Positions 42,198 through 52,196 of a DNA stretch of 64,000 nt are shown one piece after another. The position numbers and the translations under genes were made by a program. Under the pieces are notes generated by a model. It searched no databases. It worked only from the letters and a program-made list of their open reading frames with translations, and was not told the DNA's origin. The DNA comes from a bacterium. Its GTDB lineage: Bacteria > Hydrothermota > 32-111. The stretch lies in contig JBFXGO010000001.1 in assembly GCA_050239825.1 (NCBI GenBank), forward strand, positions 78,258 through 142,257. Direction: 5' to 3'. Within the stretch, counting starts at the first letter, position 1; each line of letters begins with the position of its first letter.

Positions 42198-43250
42198 ATG
42201 AAAAGATTAGTAATAATACTCATATCATTGCTCCTTCTTGCAAACTTTGCCTATTCAGCAAATGAGGGAACAACAGGCGCTCAATTCCTTAAGATTCTTG
42301 TCGGCTCAAAAGCATCAGGAATGGGAGGCGCATTTGTGGCAAACGGAGACGACCCGTCAGTTCTTTACTACAACCCGGCAGGGATGGCCAACATGAACAA
42401 GATGGGAATTCTCTTCAACTATGTCAAATGGCCTGCAGAGATAAGCTACTCATATCTTGCATTTGTAATGCCTATGGGCATTACGGGAAGCTTCGGTCTT
42501 CAGGCAGGTCTCATGTCAATGCCTTCAATGGAAGTGACTACAATAGAACAGCCTGAGGGCACTGGAGAGTACTTTTCCGCAATGAGCTATCAGGTGGGAG
42601 TCTCTTACGCGAAGCCGTTTACAGACAAACTCTCAGCAGGATTGACATTCAAGTACATTTCAGAGATGATTGTTGATGCAAATTCTACAATCATGGCATT
42701 TGACGCAGGAGCCACATACAAGACAGGATTCAAATCCCTCAGGATAGGCATGGCAATTAGGAACTTTGGATCAGAGGGCGAGTTCACAGGCGGCACTGTT
42801 CTTACCGATAAGTACCAGAGATGGACTGACGGACAGACAGAGCTGAATATTTACTATAAGACAGACCCGTATCCGATACCGATGAACTTCAATTTCGGAG
42901 TGGCCTATGACTTCCTTGAAGGTCCGACCAATTTCCTCACAGGCGCTCTTGAGTTCCAGAATCCAAATGACGGAACAGAGAATGTGCGCATGGGCTTTGA
43001 ATACAATTTTGCAAAAATTGTGTCTCTCCGCCTCGGCTACATTTTCAACTATGACAGATTTAAGGCAGTGCTTGACGGCTTTGACGATCTGACTGCAAAC
43101 GAGAAATCAGAAAACCTCACAGCAGGACTGGGCTTCAAGTACGGATTCTCAGGAGTGGATGTCGGAATTGACTATTCATACACTGAGATGGGTCTTCTCT
43201 CTGATTCATACATGAATGGACACAGAGTGACTTTAACCGTTGCTTTCTAA
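42198..43250 (+). CDS. PorV/PorQ family outer-membrane beta-barrel
   Basis: AQFLKI..G...GMGGAF...YYNPAG; C-terminal DYSY...HRVTLTVAF. Confidence 0.88.
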   Translation: MKRLVIILISLLLLANFAYSANEGTTGAQFLKILVGSKASGMGGAFVANGDDPSVLYYNPAGMANMNKMGILFNYVKWPAEISYSYLAFVMPMGITGSFGLQAGLMSMPSMEVTTIEQPEGTGEYFSAMSYQVGVSYAKPFTDKLSAGLTFKYISEMIVDANSTIMAFDAGATYKTGFKSLRIGMAIRNFGSEGEFTGGTVLTDKYQRWTDGQTELNIYYKTDPYPIPMNFNFGVAYDFLEGPTNFLTGALEFQNPNDGTENVRMGFEYNFAKIVSLRLGYIFNYDRFKAVLDGFDDLTANEKSENLTAGLGFKYGFSGVDVGIDYSYTEMGLLSDSYMNGHRVTLTVAF

Positions 43251-43268
43251 AGAGGCAACTCTCAAAAT

Positions 43269-43300
43269 AAAAGAGGGGTTTTTTAACCCCTCTTTTTTTT
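43269..43300 (+). terminator. Intrinsic terminator
   Basis: AAAAGAGGGGTT-TTTT-AACCCCTCTTTTTTTT. Confidence 0.85.
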
Positions 43301-43304
43301 ACTT

Positions 43305-45176
43305 ATGAAAAAACTTTGTTTGATTTTATTGCTTATAACAGCATACAGTTTATCGGGGGATGTTGTATTTGCAGTGTATATGGCTACGGACAACAGCATG
43401 TACTCTGCCTACTGCCAAAATATTGAGCAGATGAAACTTGGTTCGGCAACCGTTGAAAATACCAAAATACATGTTTTTGCGGACACGCCTCTGGAATCAT
43501 ACAAATTCATAATCCATGATTCTCTGATAGATACTGTGAGTGTTGTCTCCAATGTCAATTCAGGAGACCCTAAAGTAATATCTGATTTTTTTTCCGATGT
43601 ATTCGTCAGGTATCCGAATGATATAAAAATAGCGGTAATATGGGACCATGGAAACGGCTGGTATAATTTTAAATCATCAAAATCAGTTCTTTTTGACAGC
43701 AATCCGGATGATTTCATCTCAGTCACTGAAGGTGAGCTTAGAGAGATATTTTACAAAATAATGAATAGAGTGTCTGAGAGAACCGACATTGTTGTTTTTG
43801 ACGCCTGTAAAATGCAGACCCTTGAAGTTGCTTATGAGTTAACGGGTCTTGTAGATTATATAGTCGCCTCCGAGGATTCTGTTCCTTATTTAGGAATGCC
43901 TTATGCAGATGTTCTAAAGGCGGTTGATTCATCAAAAAGCTCTGAAGACGCCGGTAGAAGAATGTGCGAAGAGTACTATTCCCACTATGAGAGCCTTGAT
44001 GCGCATCCTGTAATATCTCTGATGAAGCTCAGCTCTCTTGAGGATGAATTGAAAGGCATATCATTTGAAGAGAGGGAATCATTCACTGAAATTGATTCAA
44101 TTGATGTCTCTGTCTCTCTTCAGAAAAGCATTATACTCAACAAATCATACAGCGATAAGTTCAAGGGGGCAAAGCTCTTTTATCCTGTTTATTTTGAAAT
44201 GCTGAATGAGCTCTACCCTGAATACATAAAACTGAAATTAGACATAGATTTCGACATAGTAAGAAAAGAGTTTATCTGGCACGCTATGCCGGATACATTC
44301 AAACCCCTGCCTGTTGAAACCTGCACGCTTTTATTTATAGGCAATGAAAATTACAGGGTGTTTTTTAATGAATCTTTTGATTTTTCAAAGATAGCGGAAT
44401 ACAACTTTCGCCATTCTGCCGACTTCTCCAAGAGAAACGAGAATTTTAATTCACTGCCTCCCGAAGTCTCCGGAACAGTAATCCTCTCCGACTTTCAGCC
44501 TAATTCAAAACCATACTCTCTCTATGCAAAATCTCTTACAATGAACATGGAAATGAGCAGTGAAAGTAATTTGGTGGAGTTTTACCTGAGAGGCATCTTT
44601 GCTGAGAATCCATTCACAGTAAAAAATAACGGAGAAGTCATCTACTCCAATAACAGGTACACTCCTTTATGGAAACCTGTGAGATTTCTTGCTGAAAAAG
44701 GAGTGTTGACATTTGAATTCAATACAACAGAATCACCATCTCAGGATTACCTTTATCTGGATGATCTGTCAATATACGGATTCACATCACTCAATACGAC
44801 AGTCCTAAAAGACACAACGGGTATATGCCATAAGATGTTTTCAGGAGAGAATACAGTCTTTGTCACCGCTGTCGATGAATTCGGAAATGTATCGGACATA
44901 GGCGAAATATTTGCTTTTGCTATTATAGACAGCGTAAAAGCAGTCATCTATCCAAATCCTGCAAAAGACCGCTTCAAAATAAAAACAGAGTATGAGGGAG
45001 ATTACATACTTAAAATATTCACAGCTTCAGGCGGTCTTGCGGCTGAATTTGAAGGAAGGCAGACGAATAGAGAAATAAATGTTGAGCTTGAAAATCCTCT
45101 AAAGCCCGGCATCTACTTCTATGTTTTGATTATAGGTGGAAAATCAATGAAAGGGAAAATCGGCATCATAAAATGA
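43305..45176 (+). CDS. Clostripain-family (C11) cysteine peptidase with C-terminal sorting domain
   Basis: VYMATDN, IWDHGNGW (catalytic His), FDACKM (catalytic Cys), IYPNPA...GIYFY...KIGIIK. Confidence 0.88.
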   Translation: MKKLCLILLLITAYSLSGDVVFAVYMATDNSMYSAYCQNIEQMKLGSATVENTKIHVFADTPLESYKFIIHDSLIDTVSVVSNVNSGDPKVISDFFSDVFVRYPNDIKIAVIWDHGNGWYNFKSSKSVLFDSNPDDFISVTEGELREIFYKIMNRVSERTDIVVFDACKMQTLEVAYELTGLVDYIVASEDSVPYLGMPYADVLKAVDSSKSSEDAGRRMCEEYYSHYESLDAHPVISLMKLSSLEDELKGISFEERESFTEIDSIDVSVSLQKSIILNKSYSDKFKGAKLFYPVYFEMLNELYPEYIKLKLDIDFDIVRKEFIWHAMPDTFKPLPVETCTLLFIGNENYRVFFNESFDFSKIAEYNFRHSADFSKRNENFNSLPPEVSGTVILSDFQPNSKPYSLYAKSLTMNMEMSSESNLVEFYLRGIFAENPFTVKNNGEVIYSNNRYTPLWKPVRFLAEKGVLTFEFNTTESPSQDYLYLDDLSIYGFTSLNTTVLKDTTGICHKMFSGENTVFVTAVDEFGNVSDIGEIFAFAIIDSVKAVIYPNPAKDRFKIKTEYEGDYILKIFTASGGLAAEFEGRQTNREINVELENPLKPGIYFYVLIIGGKSMKGKIGIIK

Positions 45177-46036
45177 TAAGTGCAATAATAATAAATTATA
45201 ACGGAAAGAGATTTGTTGACAAACTTGCAGATTCTTTGAATTCGCAGTCATCTCCTTATGATGAAGTTGTGATTGTTGACAACAACAGCACGGACGGAAG
45301 CGGAGAACTGCTCTTCAAGGAACTTCGAAATTGCGTTCTCTTGAAAATGAGTGTCAATAAGGGCTTTGCCTCTGCGGTCAATTTGGCGGTAAATCAATGC
45401 TCTGGAGAAAACATAATGCTTCTGAACAATGACCTTTACATTGATGTCTGCTTCATAGAGAGAGCGTTGAAAAATATTGATGAAAATGATAAAACATTCT
45501 TCGCCCCTTTGGTGATGGATTACAGCGGAGAGAGAATAGATTCTGCCGGAGATGAAATATCTGCCGGATTCAGGCCAGTAAAAAGATTTTCCGGGCAGAA
45601 GAGAGAAAACATCAAGAGAGAGATGGTTAAGGGATTTTCAATGTCAGCCGCCTATTTCAGAAAGAAAGATTTTATCTCTCTTTGCGGTCTTGATGAGAAA
45701 TTCTTCATGTATTTTGAGGATGTTGATTTTTCAATAAGGGCATCTCAGAGAGGTTATACCATTCTGTTTACTCCCGAGTGCGTCGCTTATCACTATGTCT
45801 CCGCGGGCACAAAGAGCATAGGCAAGGGACTCTACTCTCCACAAAAAACATATTGGGAGGCAAGAAACCGAGTGTGGGCTTTCTTTAAATCATCTTATGC
45901 AAAGAATCCGCTTAAAGTAATGGAATTCATTTTTGGAACAGCTTCATCAATGAGGTTTCATGCAGTCAAATCAAAGTATATTCTGGAATACATGGAAGGT
46001 CTTATTGCCTCATTGAATCCTGGAAGAAGAAAATGA
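45173..46036 (+). CDS. Glycosyltransferase family 2
   Basis: VDNNSTDGS, GFASAVN, LLNND, FFMYFEDVD. Confidence 0.93.
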   Translation: MISAIIINYNGKRFVDKLADSLNSQSSPYDEVVIVDNNSTDGSGELLFKELRNCVLLKMSVNKGFASAVNLAVNQCSGENIMLLNNDLYIDVCFIERALKNIDENDKTFFAPLVMDYSGERIDSAGDEISAGFRPVKRFSGQKRENIKREMVKGFSMSAAYFRKKDFISLCGLDEKFFMYFEDVDFSIRASQRGYTILFTPECVAYHYVSAGTKSIGKGLYSPQKTYWEARNRVWAFFKSSYAKNPLKVMEFIFGTASSMRFHAVKSKYILEYMEGLIASLNPGRRK

Positions 46037-46839
46037 AATATTCCATTATAGTGCCATTTTACTCTCACCCTATAGATTCTGTTTTGGCAGTTGCAGAGGG
46101 AAGAAACGATACTGAGGTCATAATCTCCTTAACCGGAGAGAAAGAACTAAATTCACAATCATCGATGCTGATAATAGTGCAGTGCAGAGGTTGTGGTTAT
46201 GGGGAAGCTGTAAACAGAGCAGTTGAGATATCAAGAGGAGATGTTCTGATAGTGATGAATGATGACATAATACTCGAAAATGATTTCATAGACAAGATTG
46301 ATGTTCTTGACTTTGATATTCTCATTCCGCATGTGATTGACATTAAGAGCGGAAATACCGAATCATACTATGCAGTTTTAAATTCTTTTTGGTATTCCAA
46401 ATTAAGAACCAAAATATCAAATAAGGATGATAAATACATTCCCGGGTCGATTTTTGCTGTTAAGAGAGAAATTTTCATGAAGAGCGGAATGTTTGACAAA
46501 GATTATTTTATGTACTATGAGGACATTGATTTATCAAAGAGAATTAAGAAAACAGCAAAGGTTTCTCTCGCTCCCGAAATAAAGGCATTTCACAAACACT
46601 CATTCTCGGACGGAGGAATGAAAAGATACTATCTGCAGAGAAACCGGCTTCTGATGATATTGAAAAATTGCGCATCATGGATGCTCATACCTTTTGTCTT
46701 ATATGCGATGACTTTTGAGAATCTGATAATGGTTGTTCAGATTGTAAGGCAAAAAAATCTTCTTCCGCTTAAAGCAAGGTATGACTTTTTCAGAATGTTC
46801 CCCAAGTTTTTCAGGAAGAGACATGAAAATACTCGTTGA
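46033..46839 (+). CDS. Glycosyltransferase family 2
   Basis: GYGEAVN, MNDD, FDKDYFMYYEDID, RNR. Confidence 0.88.
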   Translation: MKYSIIVPFYSHPIDSVLAVAEGRNDTEVIISLTGEKELNSQSSMLIIVQCRGCGYGEAVNRAVEISRGDVLIVMNDDIILENDFIDKIDVLDFDILIPHVIDIKSGNTESYYAVLNSFWYSKLRTKISNKDDKYIPGSIFAVKREIFMKSGMFDKDYFMYYEDIDLSKRIKKTAKVSLAPEIKAFHKHSFSDGGMKRYYLQRNRLLMILKNCASWMLIPFVLYAMTFENLIMVVQIVRQKNLLPLKARYDFFRMFPKFFRKRHENTR

Positions 46840-47854
46840 TGGAGCGACTCTCTCAAAGGGCGGCGGAGTGGCAGTATATTTGGAGAACATATTGAAAAAT
46901 TTTACTGAGAGGAATATTATTATTCTTCTTGTGAGAGAAGAAAAGGATGGCTTGAAGTTTAAAGACAAGAAGAATGTTGAGTGCAGGAGAATGCCTTTTT
47001 ACAATCTTTTAACGAGACTCTTTTATGAGCACCTTCTGATTCCTCTCTATGCATTTGTTAGAGGTGCGGATGCGATTTTTCTTCCTAAACAGTATGCGCC
47101 TCTTTTAAGAACAGTCAAGATAATAACCACAATACATGATTTCATACCCGATAAGAAGGAGAGCGGTGAAAATCTTATAACCCGCATCTATTGGTCATTG
47201 CAGTATAATTTAATCAGCTTAAAGAGCGATGCTATAATATTTCCTGCAAGAACGGTGATTGATGAATACAGAAATAGATTCAAAAACTTGAACAGCAAAA
47301 AGCATGTTTTCATACCTGACGGTTTTGATAATTATGAGAAGAGAGCGGAGCAGAAGAAGATGTATATTTTGATACCTTCAACAATAAAGAAGAGAAAAAA
47401 CATAGAGATTTCATTGAAACTTGCAAATAGGATAAAAGAGGATTACAGTGACAAAGAGATTGTGATAACGGGAAGAGTGGATTCAATGGATATTATGGAG
47501 AAACTGAAAAAAGAGTGCGTTAAATGCACTCTGCTTGGATACGTGTCAAAGGAGAAAATGGAGGAGCTGTTCAATGACGCCTTTGTGATTCTTTATCTCT
47601 CTGAGCAAGAGGGATACGGACTTCCAATTGCGGAAGCGATATCTTTGGGCAAATATGTAGTTGCGGCGGAGACAGCTTTGAATAAGAGTATTTACGGGGA
47701 TTTACCGATTTACTATAATCTTTCAGAGAGTCTTGATAAAAATTACGAAAAAATAATGAAAAAACTAAAGGAAGGCATTAAATATGAAGAAAAGACAAGA
47801 ACCTGGAAAGAAGCAGGAAGAGAGACGGAAATTTTCATTGAATCTCTTATCTGA
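46823..47854 (+). CDS. Glycosyltransferase family 4 (GT-B)
   Basis: GGVAVY, TIHD, RKNI, EGYGLPIAEA. Confidence 0.9.
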   Translation: MKILVDGATLSKGGGVAVYLENILKNFTERNIIILLVREEKDGLKFKDKKNVECRRMPFYNLLTRLFYEHLLIPLYAFVRGADAIFLPKQYAPLLRTVKIITTIHDFIPDKKESGENLITRIYWSLQYNLISLKSDAIIFPARTVIDEYRNRFKNLNSKKHVFIPDGFDNYEKRAEQKKMYILIPSTIKKRKNIEISLKLANRIKEDYSDKEIVITGRVDSMDIMEKLKKECVKCTLLGYVSKEKMEELFNDAFVILYLSEQEGYGLPIAEAISLGKYVVAAETALNKSIYGDLPIYYNLSESLDKNYEKIMKKLKEGIKYEEKTRTWKEAGRETEIFIESLI

Positions 47855-49559
47855 CAAGAGATTCCTCCTTCTGCTCGCCGTTCTTTCTCTGTTATCGGTT
47901 CTGCCTCTTTTAACGACCTTAAACTATCCCTTCCAGTTCGATGATTATCCCACAATATTTGAAGACCCCAATGTTGACAGTTTTAATGATATTTTTTCTC
48001 TGAAACTCTCCGAAAGGCCGATAAGGAAGATATCAATAATATTCGACAGAATGCTCTTCAAAGATAATGTATCTCTTTACAGAGGAGAGAATATCCTGCT
48101 TTATTTTATTACCATACTGCTGACCGCTCTTCTTGTTTACAGGATGACGAAGGATAGAGCTTTTGTCGTCTTAACTCTCTTCATCTTCGCTTTTCATCCC
48201 GTGCACATGGAAAATGTGCTGATAATAACGCACAGAAAGGAACTCTTTCTTTACATATTCTCAATGCTCTCTTTCTATGCCCATATTGAGAAAAAGAACA
48301 TCTTGTCTGTTGTTTTCTTTTTTCTTGCGCTCTTCTCAAAGGAGGTCGCAGTTGTTCTTCCCTTGATATATTTTCTCTACGACAGATTGTTTAAAGTGCA
48401 GATAAACAAAAAACTCTACTATGTGTATTCCGGAATATATCTAACTGGAATAATATCTGTAACACTTCTCTCGGATTTGACAGGTTTTTACCTGCCGTCT
48501 TTGACAAATATGAAGGAGTATTTCAGTGTCAACAGGATGCTGAGAAATGCGGATTATTTTGATATCATTAAGATTCAGCCGATACTTTTTGTGCAGTATA
48601 TCAAAAACCTTATTGTTCCATTCAATCTCAATGTAGATTACTATATCCCAGTCACAGAAGACATAAATTTGAAGTGGGCAGTCATGACCATTCTCTCTGC
48701 TGCATTTTTTGCGGGATTGTATTTTGCCAGAAAAAACAAGATACTTTTGTTCTCAATGCTCTTTTTTGTCATATCTTATGCGCCTCTCTCAAATTTCATA
48801 CCCGTACTAAATCTCTTTGCCGACAGGTATCTCTTTTTCCCCTCCTTTGCTTTAATTCTGTCTCTTTTTGTTGTCTTTAAAAATCTTGGCAGATACAGGT
48901 ACGTTATCTATCTTCTTGCTCTTTACTATCTTGTCGTCTCTCTCTCCTACATTCCTTTTTTCAAAAGCGAGAAGAGCTTATGGGAGTATGTGGTGTCAAA
49001 GAATGGGAAATCCGTTGTAGGGCTGAACAATCTCGGTCTTTTCTCTTTAAAAGAGGGTGATTTTGACAATGCAGAGAAGTATCTCATAAAGGCGGTGGAG
49101 ACGGATTCTATGTACGGAAATGCATACATCAATTTGGGAACCCTATACGCACAGAGAAGGGATTTTCGAAAAGCACTTATCTTTCTTGAAAAGGCAAACG
49201 AAGTAGAGCCTGACAATGTGAAGGCGCTGTACAATCTCGGCCTCACATATATGAATTTGGGAATGGCTCAGAAGGCTCAGGAGACAATGAAGAATATAAT
49301 TAGAATATCTCCTGAATCCTCTCTTGCTTACAACAATCTCGGTGCGTCCCATTTTGAAGAGGGAGTTATGTACGAGAGCGCCATGAAGCTATTTTACACA
49401 ACAATGTGCTATGGACTCTTTCCGTTTTTTATTGAGAATGCTCTTGAAAGTTATATTACTGCAAAGGGGTATTTTGAAGAGGGATTAAAGATGGACAAGT
49501 CCTATGAAAAACTCAAACAGAATGTTGAAAGGATAAATAAGAAAGTGCGCGGAGAGTAG
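47838..49559 (+). CDS. TMTC-like GT-C membrane glycosyltransferase with C-terminal TPRs (start 47784 or TTG 47838)
   Basis: FDD, RP, FAFHPVHMENV, ALFSKE, ADRYLFFP, TPR repeats. Confidence 0.8.
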   Translation: MNLLSDKRFLLLLAVLSLLSVLPLLTTLNYPFQFDDYPTIFEDPNVDSFNDIFSLKLSERPIRKISIIFDRMLFKDNVSLYRGENILLYFITILLTALLVYRMTKDRAFVVLTLFIFAFHPVHMENVLIITHRKELFLYIFSMLSFYAHIEKKNILSVVFFFLALFSKEVAVVLPLIYFLYDRLFKVQINKKLYYVYSGIYLTGIISVTLLSDLTGFYLPSLTNMKEYFSVNRMLRNADYFDIIKIQPILFVQYIKNLIVPFNLNVDYYIPVTEDINLKWAVMTILSAAFFAGLYFARKNKILLFSMLFFVISYAPLSNFIPVLNLFADRYLFFPSFALILSLFVVFKNLGRYRYVIYLLALYYLVVSLSYIPFFKSEKSLWEYVVSKNGKSVVGLNNLGLFSLKEGDFDNAEKYLIKAVETDSMYGNAYINLGTLYAQRRDFRKALIFLEKANEVEPDNVKALYNLGLTYMNLGMAQKAQETMKNIIRISPESSLAYNNLGASHFEEGVMYESAMKLFYTTMCYGLFPFFIENALESYITAKGYFEEGLKMDKSYEKLKQNVERINKKVRGE

Positions 49560-49571
49560 AACCCTCCGCGC
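49547..49571. terminator. Hairpin between convergent genes
   Basis: GCGCGGAG-N9-CTCCGCGC followed by an A-rich tract (U-tract on the minus strand). Confidence 0.55.
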
Positions 49572-49591
49572 TAATAAAAGAAAAAGTTGTA

Positions 49592-50080
49592 TTACTTTAT
49601 TGCAATTACACCGAAATCAAATGATTCAGAACAGGTTTTGTTGTATCCGTAGTTGTCCTTTCCGTGAAGAAAGACTCTCAGAGTGACTCCTTCCCAATCA
49701 TTTTCAACCATTTTATCCCAAACTTCATCAGGCAGAGGAAAAGGAAGATTTTCAATAGTGGCTGTACCTACAACTATAGAATCTCCGACTGACTTGTTGG
49801 CGGGTAAAAGAATATTCATGGACATAAAAGTGTCGGTTGGGGAATCATATATAATAATGCCATTTTTGATATATTGATAAGTTGATCTGTAAATGACTGT
49901 CTCAACTGCCGCATTATTCTGAATTTCCAACTCGTCAATAATTACAAAAGAAGTGTCTGAACCGACAGCATAGCCATTATTACTTAACCATGTAACAGAA
50001 AAATCCGGATTTGGTGTTATTGTCGAACATGATGCGACAAATAATGCCAAAAGAACGATAATTAACATTCTGAATTTCAT
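49592..50080 (-). CDS. Lipoprotein of unknown function (divergent fourth member of the tandem set)
   Basis: AGGAGG RBS; lipobox VASC. Confidence 0.75.
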   Translation of the reverse strand: MKFRMLIIVLLALFVASCSTITPNPDFSVTWLSNNGYAVGSDTSFVIIDELEIQNNAAVETVIYRSTYQYIKNGIIIYDSPTDTFMSMNILLPANKSVGDSIVVGTATIENLPFPLPDEVWDKMVENDWEGVTLRVFLHGKDNYGYNKTCSESFDFGVIAIK

Positions 50081-50139
50081 CAAAACCTCCTTAAATTTAA
50101 TATAAATATCATAATATCAAAATCTTTAAAAGTCAATAT

Positions 50140-50667
50140 CTACGGTTTGACCAGTAAAAACGGTTTCCTAACAGGCAGAGACGAATACTCATCTCCCATC
50201 TCATCCGTGTATCTGACCTGAACTTCAAGAATGCCTCTTCCGACATTGTCATGCACTCCGTCGGAGACATCAATGTCATATGCTGTGTTTTCGGCTACAA
50301 TGATTTCAAGTGAAGGCTGGATATCAATTGTGTCCGACTCAGTTATCTCGAGGGGGATTTGAAATTCATATGAACCATCCTCAATCTCATTATTATCCAC
50401 TATGAGAGAGTAGTCAATCCTGTAAATGTATGCATTCTTCTCCTTGATTTCAGTTGCTTCTGTGGAAAGGTAGTAGGTGTCTGCTCCGATATCCATCCAA
50501 TTGTAATTTTCCCACCCGTCAGCATCAGTATCAGGAACGGAGAATGTTATTTCAAACGTATCTTCAATAATTTTGACTATGGGTTGGTCTGTGTAAATAG
50601 GAACGGGTCCTATAGAACATGAAGCAAGGAAGAGAACTATTGTTGAAAGCAAATATATTTTTTTCAT
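50140..50667 (-). CDS. Acidic lipoprotein, tandem paralog
   Basis: LASC; DQPIVKI; DIDVSDGVHDNVGRG; ends LVKP. Confidence 0.8.
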   Translation of the reverse strand: MKKIYLLSTIVLFLASCSIGPVPIYTDQPIVKIIEDTFEITFSVPDTDADGWENYNWMDIGADTYYLSTEATEIKEKNAYIYRIDYSLIVDNNEIEDGSYEFQIPLEITESDTIDIQPSLEIIVAENTAYDIDVSDGVHDNVGRGILEVQVRYTDEMGDEYSSLPVRKPFLLVKP

Positions 50668-50676
50668 TATTTCCTC

Positions 50677-51192
50677 CTATGGTTTTACGGCAATGACATC
50701 TCTATAAAAAGAGCGCGAAGTGAAGGTGACTCCGTTGTTGTCATAGAATTTCACATTTATTTCGGCAATGCCGTAAGCCACTCCGTCTTCAGCCCCGTCC
50801 TCTTCATCAAGGTCATTCGCATAATGTCCGTTCAAAAAGAAGAGAATCTTAAGAGTATCTTCAGTATTAGCCTTCAATTCCTGAGGAGCTGTGAATATTT
50901 TTGTAAAATGCTCTCTCGTGTTGCCGTTATAATCGCTTATGCTCCAAGATACTTCTGTGATAAATGCGTCAATGCCCTCTGTCTCAGTAAATATAACATC
51001 AAGATTTATTGAATCCTCATCTTCCCAGTTCCAAATGTCATCCTCTCCCGGATCAATAGAGAATTCAAGCGTGTCGGAAAGAGAAATCTCAATCACCGGT
51101 TGATAGTATTTTATTGCTGTCGGAGACATGTAGCATGAAGTGAGGATAATGATAAATAGAATTACTGTGAATATTTTTTTCATTTTAGCCAC
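50677..51192 (-). CDS. Acidic lipoprotein, tandem paralog
   Basis: LTSC; YQPVIEI; DLDEEDGAEDGVAYG; ends AVKP. Confidence 0.8.
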   Translation of the reverse strand: MAKMKKIFTVILFIIILTSCYMSPTAIKYYQPVIEISLSDTLEFSIDPGEDDIWNWEDEDSINLDVIFTETEGIDAFITEVSWSISDYNGNTREHFTKIFTAPQELKANTEDTLKILFFLNGHYANDLDEEDGAEDGVAYGIAEINVKFYDNNGVTFTSRSFYRDVIAVKP

Positions 51193-51196
51193 CTCT

Positions 51197-51706
51197 CTAC
51201 GGTTTGATTACCTTTACAGGCAGATAGAAGGGAAGGGATTCAAATTTATTTGCCCTCTCATCATAGTAAACAATCTTAATGATGATTACTCCGCTTCCGA
51301 CATTGTCCTGAATACCGTCTGAAATGTCTATGTCGTAAGCATCGTGCTCCTCTATCACAAGCGGTATTTCAATTGAATCAGATGCGCTCTTTTTGAGCTC
51401 GAGCGGAGAGAGAAGTACAATGTTGCCTCCATTGACATTGCCGTCCAGTTCAGTGACAATGTTCCATTCAATGTCTGTAATGTATGCGGCGACATCCTTT
51501 ATCTCCTTAAGAACTATTGAAAATTTCAGCGAATCTACTCCATCGCCGGCCCACCAGCCGTCAGGCTCAAGGTCATCAACATAGAATGACTGTTCCGTTG
51601 TGTCAGCTTCGATTTTCACCACCGGCTGATATGTATAGACATATACAGGCCCCATGGTGCATGAAGCAAGAAGAAGTGTCAAAACAACAATACATATAAA
51701 TTTCAT
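51197..51706 (-). CDS. Acidic lipoprotein, tandem paralog
   Basis: LASC; YQPVVKI; DIDISDGIQDNVGSG; ends VIKP. Confidence 0.8.
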   Translation of the reverse strand: MKFICIVVLTLLLASCTMGPVYVYTYQPVVKIEADTTEQSFYVDDLEPDGWWAGDGVDSLKFSIVLKEIKDVAAYITDIEWNIVTELDGNVNGGNIVLLSPLELKKSASDSIEIPLVIEEHDAYDIDISDGIQDNVGSGVIIIKIVYYDERANKFESLPFYLPVKVIKP

Positions 51707-51822
51707 TCAACCTCCTTTCAGATTAAATAAACTATATAATCAATTCATATTGATGTCAATATGATAATTGATTTTTCAATCTATATTATGTTATAATTAT
51801 AAAAATTGAATAAGGAGAAAAG

Positions 51823-52158
51823 ATGATAAAAAATTTTATTAAGGAGAGTGATTTTGGACTTACAATATGCGACAAAGAGGGCGTAATAATTTATATGAAT
51901 GACAAGGCTAAAATAATATTTAGAAATTATGGAGATGATCTTATAGGAAAGTCGCTCTTTGACTGCCATCCCGAACCAGCAAAAAGCAAACTCAGGGAGA
52001 TGCTTAAAAGCGAGACAAAAAATGTCTATACAATAGAGAAGAACGGGATAAAGAAAATGATTTATCAGATGCCTCTCTATGAAAGCGGAGCATACGCCGG
52101 GTTCTATGAACTTTCCCTCGAAATCCCTATGAACATGCCCCATTTCAAAAGAGACTGA
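51823..52158 (+). CDS. Stand-alone PAS domain protein
   Basis: TICDKEGVIIYMN, LIGKSLFDCHP, NVYTIEKNG; AAGGAG RBS. Confidence 0.85.
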   Translation: MIKNFIKESDFGLTICDKEGVIIYMNDKAKIIFRNYGDDLIGKSLFDCHPEPAKSKLREMLKSETKNVYTIEKNGIKKMIYQMPLYESGAYAGFYELSLEIPMNMPHFKRD

Positions 52159-52196
52159 CATAAATCCATCAGCTTAATATCTCACTATTTCAGTTA

